64,000 bases of DNA from Trichoplax adhaerens (GCF_000150275.1 NW_002060972.1:252500-316499); one strand, 5' to 3'. Positions 26,101 to 41,122 are shown, counted from the stretch's first letter. Notes: generated from the letters alone by a model not told the origin. Translations and numbers: made by a program.

Positions 26101-28322
26101 CCCAAATTGATTGAATTAGAACAGTAGCAAGTCGATTGATCATTTTCGATTCTATCCAATCATTACCTAACCATGTTGAATTCGTGTTGTAACTGAACCA
26201 ATTCCGTCCTACTTTTAGTCTGCTGTGCAGCCATCAAACACGGTTCATGAATGAAATTGTTTCTATGGCTGCAAAGGATGCAATAGTGCGTTACTACTCT
26301 ACGTTTATGCAAATACTGTAGGTATATTTGTGGGGGTTCATGGAAGTAGACCATGATAAAGGTGTTGAACAGCTAATTGGCCAGTATTGGATTCGTTTCA
26401 TAAGGAAAAAATCGACCAAAGACATACAGTAGCAAATGGTACCAGGTAGATCTATAACGACGGGCTTTAAAAGTATATTAAATTACTACATGTTGGTAAC
26501 ATCGATAGCCAGGTGATATGCAGAAAAATCGCCATAAAGGAAAATATATGCGTAGACGTTGATCAAAAAGTTGCCTAAACAGGTAGACTAGTACCAATCA
26601 TATCAGCTTAGAAGCAATGATGAGAAGAGTAATTCAACTTTATAGTATATCAAGTTGCGAAATTGCTTTGCTAGATCGATCAGGGTAAAACATACCTATT
26701 TTACAGAATGATCTTGAGTCACAAACACGGTCGTGACAATGATCTACATGAGAATCATGCCTGCTTCTAAATGCCCTTGTTAAGACTGAAAACTGCTTGT
26801 AGAGGACAGAAATGAACAGGAAAAATAATACAGTCTATTTTCAATGTTTAACAGGGATTTTTTCTCGCTCATTTCAAGTAGTGATGATGGGCTTTATGCG
26901 TCAAGATTAACTCATTCTTGAGTATGCGATTTATAGGAAAATGGCGCTGTTATACAGTATTTAAACGATGTAGATGAAGACTAAAGAGTCTACCAGGAAG
27001 GAAATAAGATAATCACACTATCATATAAGGTTAATAAAACTCTGCTCTGAGTATTTTAGCAATCTCTAGCTTAGGAAAGACAACCGACTATTGCGGAAAA
27101 GAAATGAACAAATAAAAGATAATATCATGTTGTCGATGATTATAATAATCAGCTGCATTTTTGCCATCAAAGTCTGCGAGACCATCTGCCAGCCCGACAT
27201 TACCTTCAATTTAATATATGTCTGTAATGCATCCAATTCAGTATTATCCGCACAATAATGTGGCAAAACTACATAGGTATACGGTATAGGTACTAAAATT
27301 GAATTTAACCGCAGTTAAATTGGATCAAGACTTGGATTACGAAATTGAATAATCGAAGGTGAGTAGACTGAGCCACCTCAACAGAGAATTTTGGTTGAAT
27401 TTCAGCAGTGGACGAAAATGAACGTTGAACGAGGTTGGGTCTACGCTAAAGGATCTCTTATTAGACCTATTTCTAATATGATTTACGAAATTTAGTAATC
27501 GTTAATCGCGTTAAGGATCTCTGGGAATAAATTAATTCATTACGCCTGTTCCTAATATATATATTTAGGATCTGGATTACCAAATTAAGCAAACTATGGG
27601 TGAACAAGGATTCAGTGAATAGGATTAATTCAACTTACTGTACTCTAAATCCGATGAGAACCTAGAGTAATCCATGGTTAATTTAAGAGCTTTAGAAATT
27701 AAATAATATCAATTAAATCTATAGCATTCCCAATAGGTTAAGGCCTCCATTACGAAATGGAGTATACCATGGTTAATCAGCTCGGGTATTCAATCAAGCC
27801 TGCTGCAAATAGGTTTAGGGTAAAGGATATCTGGCATTAAGTCAAAATCGATCTAAATATACAATTCTTCCCCAGTCCAGCCATTCTAGAAAACTGGCGG
27901 TAGGGTACAATATACACGTATATGCAAAATCGACGTGGATAGTACAGTACCCTACAGGAGGGCAAGATACCACCGCGCTAACTTGCTGCGCACGGTATCA
28001 TCAAATACGAATTGGCCGCGTTAGTTTTCACACTTTCTGCCACCATTAGTCAACAAGGTAACGAAGAACTGGTGAATTACCTTTGTAGAGGCCTTAAGGT
28101 AAGGTAGAAGAATGCTATCATGAGTGCTATTATCGCGGTATGATAGTGACTTGCAAGAATCTGCCCATAACACAGATATTGTATGTTAAAAACCTTTGGC
28201 ATCTTGCGTCGACTCTTCCATGAGGGAAATTCATCCATTTTACGGCACCATTTTGATCGGACTGTTGAAGTTTGACATCCAATAGTGTATCGCTTTATTA
28301 ATTAATATTATCATTTTTATCT

Positions 28323-28750
28323 GCGTTCATGATCATCGGTTATTCATTTCAATTGTGCTTGATGTCGATGTAAAGGCTGCGTTGGAATTTCATTATCAAA
28401 TTCCTGTCTGATCTCTTGTGTTGTGTTTATGAACATTTTTCTTTGATGACTGACTTTAATAATGTGGAAACTTTGTCCAGTCTAGATTGTACATTCCAAA
28501 ATTGAAGGCAAGTTTAGTTGATCCAACAACGATAATCAACATTATCCGCGTTCATGATGATCGATTACTCATTTCAATTGTGCTGGATGTCGATGTATAG
28601 GCTGCGTTACAATGTTATTAACAAATTACTGTTTGATCTGTTGTAGTATTGATTTTTATGTACAGTTTTCCTTGATGACTGATTTTGGAAACTTTGTCCC
28701 ATCTAGATTGTACATTCCAAAATTGAAGGCAAGTTTAGTTGATCTAGCAA
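28323..28750. repeat. ~225-bp tandem duplication just upstream of the ubiquitin-like ATG
   Basis: gcgttcatgat...catttcaattgtgct...tctagattgtacattccaaaattgaaggcaagtttagttgatc occurs twice (from 28323 and 28548). Confidence 0.85.
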
Positions 28751-28761
28751 TAGTAAGCAAG

Positions 28762-29424
28762 ATGTTCATCTACATTAAAACCTCTATGGGGAAATTAACG
28801 AGGTTAATTGTAGACCCTAGTGATACTATCGAAATGGTCAAAATGAAATACGAATTTGAAGTAGGTAAGGCGTAGATTAATTATTAGCGAAAATGACTTT
28901 AAGCTAAAGAGATTTCATCTTGAATGAATAGCAATCTGAATGCTGTTTTACCATGATTGTGCAATGAGCAGAACATAAAGTAGGCTACGGCATGATAATG
29001 TGTAGTAGAGTTGATAATTCTGCTAGCAATGGAAATGGATCTAAATTGGATCATCCAAGTAGTATTTAGATTAGCATGAAGTATTATTTAGGTACAAGTA
29101 TAAATAAGTGCATGTTGCCTACAGTCAACTCTTTCCTGTAATGATTCGAATTGCAATTCCTGTTATCATGGACAGTAAGCGTTTTCACCAATGGATGATT
29201 AACGTTATAGGAATACCTTCAGGTAAGCAACGTCTAGTCTTTGGTGGATTACGCCTAGAAGATGAGCATACTTTAGCATATTATGGTATCCAGAACGGTA
29301 AGATTGGGCATGTTTCATCTCCAATAGAAGTGGAATAGTATATCACATTATTCAATAACGTATCTTTATTACAAAATCTATAGAGACAACCTTATTTTTG
29401 ATGCTTACGTTAACGGGAAAATGA
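28762..29424 (+). CDS. Divergent 76-aa ubiquitin-like protein lacking the C-terminal di-glycine
   Basis: Exons 28762-28864, 29211-29297, 29384-29424 give MFIYIKTSMGKLTRLIVDPSDTIEMVKMKYEFEVGIPSGKQRLVFGGLRLEDEHTLAYYGIQNETTLFLMLTLTGK*. It is 40/76 identical to the ubiquitin at 39610 without gaps. AATAAA near 29550. Confidence 0.85.
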
Positions 29425-30154
29425 TATGAAGATGCAAATTGGAATAGGCTTGTTTCTATAGTAAGAATGAGAGAAAGCAAGAGTGTCTTATACACTAATA
29501 CCTAATGTTCGATGAATTGGTTTGACTGAGCATTGTACATGTCCATAAAATAAATAAAAGTATAAAACACTTTTGGACTGATAAACGAAAGTTGCCGCAA
29601 ATCTTCATGGTTATTTTTCGTTGATCAAATATTGACCCGCTAATAGATGTAAGATCGTATTTAGTTTTGATAATTTCTCATCATGCCATTTGTTGGTATT
29701 GTATCTCATTTAGTATCGCATAAGATTATAATCACTTATCAGGCGTGTATTTTGAACATCCGAAACCCTATCGAAAGTAAAAAGAAGTGAAAGACATTTG
29801 CAAAGTTGGTGTAGAATTAATCGATTACTCGTTGTAACGATAAATTGCTGTTGCGGAAAATTATTCCCTTGACCAACTAGTACACGAGCGAGTAAATTAG
29901 TAAAAACTAAGATAGCTGCCAATCCGATTATTCTGATATCGAAGGATGTTGTGACAAAACTGCTATTATGAACAAAATCGCTTTCGAGGATCACTTTTAT
30001 TCAGGAAAGACTCTCGTAAAGTTTATATTTGCAATGACGAATGGCGATGACCAGCTAATATACGCACCAGTAAGTTATTTAAATAAAATACACGGTATTT
30101 TATATCATTTCGACTATTCCGAAACCTGTAAGACATTATTACAAATTTTTTCGC

Positions 30155-30356
30155 GGCTCCTGCAGTAGATCTCAATTCTATCTACCACTCTGACCTGTAC
30201 TGTAGTAAACAGTCGATATCCTGAACAGAAAATTCCGTAACATTTTGTAGCGACTCCTGCAGTGGAAGATCTAAAGTCCATCTACTACTCTGATCTGTGC
30301 TGTAGTAAACAGTCGATATCCTGTACAGAAAATGCCGTAAATTGCAACTCCTGCAG
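30155..30356. repeat. ~96-bp tandem duplication
   Basis: ctcctgcagt...ctgtagtaaacagtcgatatcctg.acagaaaat.ccgtaa occurs twice. Confidence 0.8.
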
Positions 30357-31399
30357 GCATCCATTCCATTACTTATAGCATCCATGTTCACTGGGTAGTA
30401 ACTACGCTAGATGAGTTTAAGCTCTTCAATCTAGTGAAGCAGTCATGCAGCACAGAGATGGCAATCAGGTTATAACTTGTTCAGTAATTTCCTTGGATAA
30501 CCCATCAAATGATGATAGTAATAGCAGTACAGCATTACTAATCATAATACGCAGATATTGCAGCAAGGCTACTATATTTCTTACTCTACGAGGACATACA
30601 GGTATTGCCAGTAGTGGAGTGGATTGAAATAGAAATATCAATAACTATCTATAGTCTCCAATAGGACCGATCCATCTCGAAATGATTATGATGAAGTTGT
30701 CAAGTTAGAGACAAAATCAAGTCAATCTAATGTAGATGATTAAAGCAAATAAATTAGCCATGCAACGAAACTTTTTCACTATACTGTAGATAAGATATAT
30801 AGGTTATGTGTAGGCATATCCGTTTGAAATATTGGACCTCTTTTAATCTATTGCTGATCCAATGGTAAACCTAAATTGAGGCCATAACTGGCTATAAATC
30901 AGTGCTTACTGCAATTATGACCTATATTCAACAGGCATAGAAGATCAATTCCTCGCCAAGAGCAGTATATACGTGACATGTACACATTTCGAAATAGAAG
31001 GACAGCGGATTACAGTACTAACATGGAATATAATAATTTATTAATCTAAGAAAGGCCAGTACATACAACATCAATCACAGAACATTTTATATCAATTAGA
31101 GATCGATAGAACAAATAGATACAATCTTTCCTGAATAGGAAATGTATGCATATACGTACAGTATTACCATTCCTTTATCCTGGCTACAACGAAATTTATG
31201 GATTTATTTTAAATGAGTAAGTCCAAAGGAATAATTTATCTAATAGAGAGAAAAAATTTAAAATTGATCGCAGTACAGTTTCCTATTCCATCGTAATGAT
31301 TATTGTAATTAGTAAAGCATCCGTTCTCGTTCAAATGTATGGCCTGAAACCAAACATGCTCTCCATGACTGCATCATACCAGTAGGACATTTTTATCGC

Positions 31400-32986
31400 T
31401 TATAATGACGCAGTTACATTACTACTATTTAAAACTTGTGAAATCATTTCGGCAATATATTTCGCGTGGAATTTTTGAACGTAGTGCCCACCATTCCTAA
31501 ATACAATTTGCCGTGATTGACGTGTTCGTAGTTCATATAGTACGGCATCATTTTCTACGACTGAAAAAGTAAATAGAATCAATTCTGCTGGCAATAATGC
31601 AATGAGTGAAGACGGAAAATGATCCTTTTCCATGTGAAAATACGTGTAGAAGTTGCAAATCCATTTAATGTAAAATTGTTGAATCAGTTAATATTTCATC
31701 TTGTTTATGAAACTTACCTTGTCCATCACTAATCTCTGCTAATTCCTTCATGGTTTTTAATCCTAAAGTTTGACCAATTCCACTAAATATCGCATTTTCG
31801 ATAAGTGCATCATTCTTCCCGTAAGCCAAGATAACAGGAGCATTTCGATCACGAATGCATTGTAAATTCTTGGTGTGTAGTGCAAAATCAAGACTGGCAA
31901 CTATATCTTGAGTATGCTCGATTTCACCTTTGACGAATCTGCTCACTTTAAATCCAAGCATGCGATAAAAGTAAGGCAAAATCATTCCAATTATGACTTT
32001 GGTTAACCAGCAGAAATGGAGTAAGTAGGATAATAATTTCACCACTAATTGAAGTCAAATAAAGGTTAAGTTACTGAAGTAAATAAAACTCACTGTGTAC
32101 GTACGATTATTTGTTGATAGCATAATATAGAAGGCAATTTTTAACCGTAACGAAATGCAGACCTATTCGACCTAATCTACTCGTAGCTGATAATGAATTG
32201 AACACGACAGTAGACAGTAGGTATAACATCGATATTGGTAAACAGTGTGGTAGAAATTACCTGAAAATGGACTTATAGAGTGGTGAGGTCTTAGGCCAGG
32301 GCCAGATATCAGCCCAAGACTTAAAACCAAGTTTGGATGTGTAACAAGTAGGTTGGAAATAACTGTGCATGAAAAGCTATGTGCAATTGCCATATCAACC
32401 TTGTCAATATTCAAACTAGACAAAAAGTTCACCACAAAATGGACCAGGTTCATGGGGTTATATTGGAGATCATCTGGCTTTTCTGTCTCTCCAAATCCAG
32501 GAAGGTTGATCCTTATCACTCTAAATCCTTTTTGAACTAACGGAGGAGCAAGATAACGAAAGTCATAATGGTTTCCTGAAATAAAATAGCAAACAGTTAT
32601 CGACAGTTAGTACCGTCATGGATCCTTCGCCACATTGTTCAAGTGTTGAACAGTATTTCTGGCGATGTGTACGTTATTTTAAGGATCGTGTACAATATTG
32701 GCGTCGGGCATGACAATGATGAACAGAGTTATAAGTTTGCATTAAATACAACTGATTAAATTCTTATTTTATCATTGATGAAGATTGATCATTTACCAGG
32801 GCATCCGTGCATGGCTATAATAATTCGAGATCCTGTAGGATTTTCGTCCGTGTAGCTAGCCTTAAAATGGCGGACAGAAGTAATACCCATATTTTGGGTA
32901 CTAACTTGAGTGTATTTTACCTCTGGATCCGATGGTGTAGGTAAATCGTACTTGTCATTTTCTTGTTGATGCGTGTTGCTTGACAT
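31400..32986 (-). CDS. Alpha/beta hydrolase, DUF1057-like, paralogue 1 (~330 aa)
   Basis: Exons 32797-32986, 32261-32575, 31718-32044, 31400-31560. Motifs: HGCPGNHYDFRY, INLPGFG, elbow AHSFS, GKNDALI (Asp), GGHY (His). Confidence 0.9.
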
Positions 32987-33377
32987 GGCTGAGAAATTTC
33001 TAGGAATGATTGGATCAATTGTAGATCTATCTATCTTGTATATTCTACATTAATATATGTAAATGTACAATATGCTTTCTCTTGTCGGCTAGTACTTGGA
33101 ATGGATGATAGTGTAAACAGTGCGTGTATCGTGTTTAGGGTGTGTCCACTACCTAGACGACGATACTAGGAATACGTAATGTTATTGGCATCCTTGCTAA
33201 TTAATTCTTGTACGATGAAAGGAGTTTAAATTCTCATTCGTGACTAGACTTTAGCATAACATACAGTATACTATATTATTTACTGCCATGCATATGGTAT
33301 CGACTAGTCTCCTTCATCAAAATAATCGGGTTAGGGTACTTCTGATAATAAACCTTACGCTGTAGATGGGTCGTAGA

Positions 33378-33817
33378 TCATCGAATTCGACTTGTTTCAG
33401 TCACTGTTGATCCTTGATTCGTTGGATGGTATCGTGCCATATTTAAAGCAGCAATAAAAGTAAGCTCTAACGACTGCCTTTGTAATGTCATCGAATTCTA
33501 CTTGTTTCAGTCCCTGTTGATCCTTGATTACTTGGATAATATCGTCTCATATTTAAAGCAGCAATAAAAGTAAGCTCTAACGACTGCCTTTGTAATGTCA
33601 TCGAATTCTACTTGTTTCAGTCCCTGTTGATCCTTGATTACTTGGATAATATCGTCTCATATTTAAAGCAGCAATAAAAGTAAGCTCTAACGACTGCCTT
33701 TGTAATGTCATCGAATTCTACTTGTTTTAGTCTCTGTTGATCTTTGATTACTTGGATGATATCGTGTCATATTTAAAGTAGCAATGAAAGTAAGCTCTAA
33801 CGACTGCCTTTGTAATG
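33378..33817. repeat. 4 x 110-bp tandem repeat between divergently transcribed hydrolases 1 and 2
   Basis: Unit tcatcgaattctacttgtttcag...ctgcctttgtaatg starts at 33378, 33488, 33598, 33708. The two middle copies are identical. Confidence 0.97.
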
Positions 33818-33955
33818 TACATTGACTAGGTAGGTGCAGTCGCGTATGAAATTAGAATTGCATCGACAAACTTTGATATCTTGAATTTAAACTCTCATCA
33901 ATGAGTGGTATAATCGACACTAACAGAGGCACTGGATAGCAATAACAGTAGAAGC

Positions 33956-36152
33956 ATGGCATCAAACAAGGATCAACACAACAATAATGAGTTTGAATTA
34001 CCAACACCATCTGATCCGGAGGTAAAATACACTCAAGTCAGTACTAATAATATGGGCATAACTTCTATCAACAATTTCCAAGCTGGCTACACTGACGAAA
34101 ATCCTACAGGATTTCGAATTGTTCTAGCCGTTCATGGAACTCCTGGTAAGTGATGATAGGGTATCACGGATTGATTCAATTTCAGACTGTTCCATAAATT
34201 TAACTTTTCATCAAGTTAAGAGTAATCGAAGCTAGATCCAATACTGTACACTGACCATGGTTAAAATAGGTTGGATGAGATGATCAGTATCGCTCATTAG
34301 ATGACATAATGATTACGATGATCGGTACAACAGTTTGTCTTATGAGTAAATTAAATGCATGTGATTATAGGTAGCCATCATGACTTTCGATACCTTGCTC
34401 CACCTCTGGTTCAAGCAGGATTAAGGGTTATCAGAGTTAATCTCCCTGGCTTTGGAGCTACGAAGAAACCGGATGAGCTCGTATACAATTTTAACACAAT
34501 GGCCCATTGGCTAGCTAACTTTTTATCTAGTATTAATATTCATACGGTTGATATGGCTGTTGGACATAGCTTTGGATGTGCAATCATTGCCACCTTGTCT
34601 GTTACACATCCAGAATTAATTTCAGCTTTTACACTCCTATCTACCTTTGGCCTAAGACCCCACCGCATTATTAGACCATTTGCAGGTACTACTTTGTTAC
34701 TACCTAACCAACAGCTCGAGTATTAGTTTCATGCATGCGACATTTTAGTAATTAAATAAAACGCGCTTCAAATTCGTATGGGTTTGTAGTCATTAATATC
34801 TAAAAAATGATATAATAATCGCTTTAAATAAGCATCGATTTGTAAGCAATGATACCTGAACGTTATAGGATAATATACAAGATTCTATATTAGTGAACAT
34901 CTACCTGCAAATGTTGCTATCCTGTAATTCTATAAGATAACATACAAATTTTAACTAGTCGTAATAAATGCGTCTCATAATAATTATCTTAGTCAAATAG
35001 TATTTCCTAAAAGGCTTCTATTACAAGGATTTAGTAATAGTAGAGCAATAATTAATTACTACAAGAATCTAGTCTAAAATCGAAAGTATTCCGAGCTTAA
35101 AGAGAAGTAAAGTCTCTTCTCCTCTGTGAGCTCATCTCTACAGTTCTTATAAACATTCGTTAAATCCATTTATGACAACTTGATTAATCTACAATCAGAT
35201 ATGAATCATCAAACAAAACACTTTTCTCTAATAGTACGTCATTATTTTCTACAATCGAAATCGTTCTACTAAAGATGTCACTACTCTTCCATTAACGTCT
35301 AGGCCCTTTCTTCGAAGGGTATTTTAACAACTACAGTGTTTTTAGCTACATAAATCTTGTACCATAATTAGTCAACTGGCTACTATTAGTCATCAACAAT
35401 TTCTAATATAGTAGTTAGCAATCATCTAATATTGGCTTCACGGTAATATCTATCCAAAGCAGCCTAAATATATCTAATATAGCTATCCATATATTCAAAT
35501 ATGGGTGCATTACTACACTAGTGTAAGATAACAATGCTTCTTTTTTTACTAGCGATAAAGTTGTCAGCATACCTTCTGGATCTTTCATGGGTAACCAACT
35601 TTATAGCTACCAAGATTTTAACTTGTGCTTATAGAATGGCTGGATTTAAAATGAGCAAATTTGTTGAAAATGAAATGGTACATAGTCACCAGTTGACTAC
35701 CAATATCGATTTTGACCAGCATGCCAATAATTTAAAATCCATTGGTAAAAGGAAAGTTCCTGTCATTTTAGCATACGGAAAGGATGATCCACTTATTGAA
35801 AATGAAATATTTAGTGAAGTTGGTCAAATATTAGGACTAAAAAGTATGACGGAATTAAGTGATTTAAATGGCGAACAAGGTGAGATTCATATCCCTATGT
35901 ACAATATTCAATGATTTAAACTTAAAAACTCATAAACGACTTTTAAAGTATCTTCTCATATTAAACGTACATGTCGCACCGTTTTTAATAAGGGATTGTT
36001 TTTACTTTTCAGATATAGAAAATGGAGTCATGTATGAAATACAATTAAATCAATCACGAGAAATTGTGTTTAGAAATGGTAGCCATTATATTCAAAAATT
36101 CCATGCGAAATATATTGCAAAAATTATTATACAAGTTATGAATAAGCAGTAA
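33956..36152 (+). CDS. Alpha/beta hydrolase, DUF1057-like, paralogue 2 (~323 aa)
   Basis: Exons 33956-34145, 34371-34685, 35553-35879, 36013-36152. Motifs: HGTPGSHHDFRY, NLPGFG, GHSFG, GKDDPLI, GSHY. First three exon sizes (190/315/327) equal those of paralogue 1. Confidence 0.92.
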
Positions 36153-37216
36153 ATGATTTCATCAAATTGGATCCTCTGGTTGTGGATATAACATCAGAAA
36201 CGATTGTTTTTGCTAATTATTATAATACATGACTTTTAGATATGGATCGTTAGAAGAGGATTCATGCATGAAAAAGTTTTTATTACATTATTTGGTAATA
36301 AGAGCATAGGCCTACACTTTGTAAGATAAATGTTGCAGTAGCTCGTATAGCAAGAAAAATTTTATCTCTATTTGAAAATGTATACAGTTGTACATTCACT
36401 AAATATCTATAAGGTTGATAGATCAAGAATCTTTGAAGACGTTAGAAAATTAAGATTTGTTGAACAAAACCTTGTTTACAAAGATACAACGTAATCGATC
36501 AGCTGAGGACCTCTAATGAGAAAGAACGAGTTTACTGTACTAAACCGCTCGCATATATACTTTTCCGCGTTAATAGCTGACTGTCTTGGAATCTGTTGAG
36601 AGATCATCTCTGCAGTGCAGTATCCAGCAACTCTAAGTGATGCAACACACTGCGGCATTTACGTATCCAGTTACATCGATGTCTTTCAGTGTGTTTTACG
36701 CTTACTTTGTAGCTGAATGTGAAATTTCAGAAATGTCTGAATATACTAATAATATAGTGGGCTACTGACACTAACTCACTGTAGATCAAATTATAACCCC
36801 CTAGTTGTATTATTCCACATGATCTATATTGTCAACCTCAAAGTAATCATTATTATTGATTGCAATACTTAGCCAATTTACGCTTCATTGTTATGATTGG
36901 TGTTCAAATCGGCAATTTTTATGTCGATTTTCAATGCAATTGTATGACTTTATCGAGTTTACCCACCCTGTACTATGGAATAGCAAGTTTCGGCCATTTT
37001 GATCAGACGGCAAGGTAATGCACGCTGCAGAGCACAGGTCTAAATTAGCCAACGATAAGCATCTTGGAATATAGTGTATATGCGTCTAATCATATGTAAA
37101 AATAGATATTTGGCTAACAGTAATTATCATGGAAGCTCTCAAATCCTGTATAAGCAAAACATGTTTGGCACAATTTAGTAGTGTACAGAATACTGGTTTA
37201 GACTATGCCTGTTCCA

Positions 37217-37362
37217 GGTCAGGGCTTCGCTGAACTAGCTCAAGAGCTAAAAGCGAGCTTTCGACAGCCAGGTTCAATTTAAACAGACGCATAGACGTTG
37301 GTCAGGGTTTCGCTGAACTAGCTCAAGAGCTAAATGCGAGCTCTCGACAGCCTGGTTCAATT
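37217..37362. repeat. 83-bp-period direct duplication
   Basis: ggtcaggg.ttcgctgaactagctcaagagctaaa.gcgagct.tcgacagcc.ggttcaatt at 37217 and 37300. Confidence 0.9.
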
Positions 37363-38183
37363 CGGACCGATGTTGGTCCATTTTTTAAGTTTGCTATTCT
37401 GCTTCTACGGAGAAATGGACATTTCAACGAAAAACAAGGGAGAGCTATCCATGATAACCCATGATTCATGAAAGGGTTAAAGCCACAAGTAGAAGTCCTT
37501 GCCGTTGCCATGGCATTCGTGCTAAGCTGCAGTATTAGTACGGTATAGCTAATGCAATTTCTATATATTATATAGTATACATAAAGTAGCAGCCGATTTT
37601 TTTGTAATGCCATCACGGCCACGGAGAGTTTTTTTTTTGCAGCGGCTATAGTCCCTGATATAGCATATGCAAACAGAGGAATTATAGCTAACAGTCGTTC
37701 AGTATACTAAAAATGGCGGACTGACTATTTTGCATTTTGCTGGTCATCTTAACTCAGTCATATATCTGAAACGATATATGCGTTCTACTGTACTACCGTA
37801 GTATACTGTCCTGTCTGCGATTGGAGCTGCTAACAGTAGTTGGTTTTTGTACACTATGGCATACGGTTTCAATGATAGCGTAGAGTAGAAAGACCAGGAA
37901 AATGATTTTCCTTTGGCACTGCTCATAGGACATATCCTACAGTGAACAGCCTTCGGGACGGACAGACATTTAACCTCATTTCGTTCACAAATAGGTTGCT
38001 AAATACTTCGTTAGTGGATTCTGAACTGACTGATTTTTTTCTCGATGAAGTCATATTATATTGTATACCATTACCTGTTGCTAAGTTCTGCTTGGAAGCA
38101 GAGTAACTTTAGATCATCCATGTTTTTCAAATGAATACGAGTGATTAAGAAAACAGACAAGGAAGATTCGTACCGAATAGTCC

Positions 38184-38820
38184 TTTTTGAACATGGTCGG
38201 CCTCATCAGGTATGAAAAGTCCGTCCGACAGTCCAAGACTTTTGGACATGGTCAGTAGGCCTGATCATTTTGCATAGATTTTTATACACTTCGTTTAAGC
38301 ATGTCTAACGTATCAGTAGGACAGCTTAAACGAAGTGTATAAAAAAATCTAAAATCTATCTATGCAAAATGATCAGGCCTAATGGTCAGCCGCATCAGGT
38401 ATGAAAAGTCCGTCCGACAGTCCAAGACTTTTGGACATGGTCGGCCTCATCAGATCTGAAAAGTCCGTCCGACAGTCCAAGACTGTTGAACATGGTCGGC
38501 CTCATCAGGTCTGAAAAGTCCGTCCGACAGTCCAAGACTTTTGGACATGGTCGGCCTCATCAGATCTGAAAAGTCCGTCCGACAGTCCAAGACTTTGGAC
38601 ATGGTCGGCCTCATCAGGTCTGAAAAGTCCGTCCGACAGTCCAAGACTTTTGGACATGGTCGGCCTCATCAGATCTGAAAAGTCCGTCCGACAGTCCAAG
38701 ACTTTGGACATGGTCGGCCTCATCAGGTCTGAAAAGTCCGTCCGACAGTCCAAGACTTTTGGACATGGTCGGCCTCATCAGGTATGAAAAGTCCGTCCGA
38801 CGGTCCAAGACTATTGGACT
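38184..38820. repeat. 54/55-bp minisatellite (~9 units, partly dimeric) ~200 bp upstream of the putative UBA52 start site
   Basis: Unit ggacatggtcggcctcatcag(g/a)tctgaaaagtccgtccgacagtccaagactttt. The cagatctg and caggtctg variants alternate. Confidence 0.97.
38256..38381. mobile_element. 126-bp non-autonomous hAT-type MITE inserted in the satellite
   Basis: TIRs taggcctgatcattttgcatagat / atctatgcaaaatgatcaggccta, inner inverted arms ttttatacacttcgtttaagc / gcttaaacgaagtgtataaaa, and a perfect 8-bp TSD atggtcag at 38248-38255 and 38382-38389. Confidence 0.9.
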
Positions 38821-39014
38821 GGTATCGTACCGTACTGTACACAGTGTACAGCTTCGATATCAAGCAAGTATGTCCGTATGCATACTGTAACAGCTGTCTA
38901 GAACCATACTGTAGCACTGTACTGTGAGTAAAATCACCAAATACACAGCGGAGAGGAACTAGCTTCAACCGTTGGATTGCGCATGATCAAATCTTTTCGC
39001 AGAACGCGTGTTCG

Positions 39015-39060
39015 CCCTTTCTTGCTCATTCCTTGGAAGCAAGTGGAGTCCATTGGCAAG
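39015..39060 (+). promoter_or_regulatory. Probable TCT/5'TOP start and non-coding first exon of UBA52
   Basis: Pyrimidine tract ccctttcttgctc, donor AAG|GTAGCG at 39060/61, acceptor tatag at 39592 shortly before the ATG. This is typical ribosomal-protein gene layout. Confidence 0.6.
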
Positions 39061-39561
39061 GTAGCGACATTCAATGTCTTCAATTTTGATTTTAATCCCT
39101 TTCTAGCCTAATAATTCAGCAGTGAATTGATCATGGATTGTGTTTATAGACTATTTTACTTTTTGATAAGTTTGTTAACGTGTCCATTGGATGGAAATCA
39201 TGTTATTTTAAATTCATCATCCATGGTGATTCCACTGCTACCATAGTGAACTCAAGTGGAGTTTTTCTATTATAATGGAATCGTCCATTTCAAAGGGAAT
39301 ACTTTACTTAATGCTTGTAGTAGAATGTTAGGAGACAGCAGGAACAAAGAAAAGTGAATTGAGTGATGTTATTTTTTTGTCCAGGCGAGCTAGAACTCGC
39401 CATTTCTTGTTAGAGATGATTTCTGATATTTTTTTTGCAAGTCAGTCGTCTTTCGTAGAGTAGATTGTATGGTTGACTACTGTACACTGTACAGTATAGT
39501 GGTGTATTCAGTAGCGTAGCAACATCAATTCCATAGAGAGGATAGCTTGTTATCCAACTAG

Positions 39562-41122
<1,561 letters not shown>

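Noticed and set aside
18600-28000. Short ORFs in the ~10-kb intergenic region, including exon-like 26166-26315 (-) and 25580-25700 (+)
   Set aside because: No recognisable domain and no phase-compatible exon chain.
38184-38820. Hammerhead ribozyme array, CRISPR array or coding ORFs in the 55-bp satellite
   Set aside because: The minus strand has CTGATGAG but the GAAA core is absent (CCAAAAG, so no G12) and no proper stem I forms. There are no unique spacers or cas genes. The ORFs are repeat translations.
39363-39426. Possible C/D snoRNA in the UBA52 5'UTR intron (GTGATGT...GGCGAG/CTCGCC hairpin...CTGA)
   Set aside because: C box mismatched, weak terminal stem, and no rRNA guide I could identify. 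Needs snoscan or Infernal.
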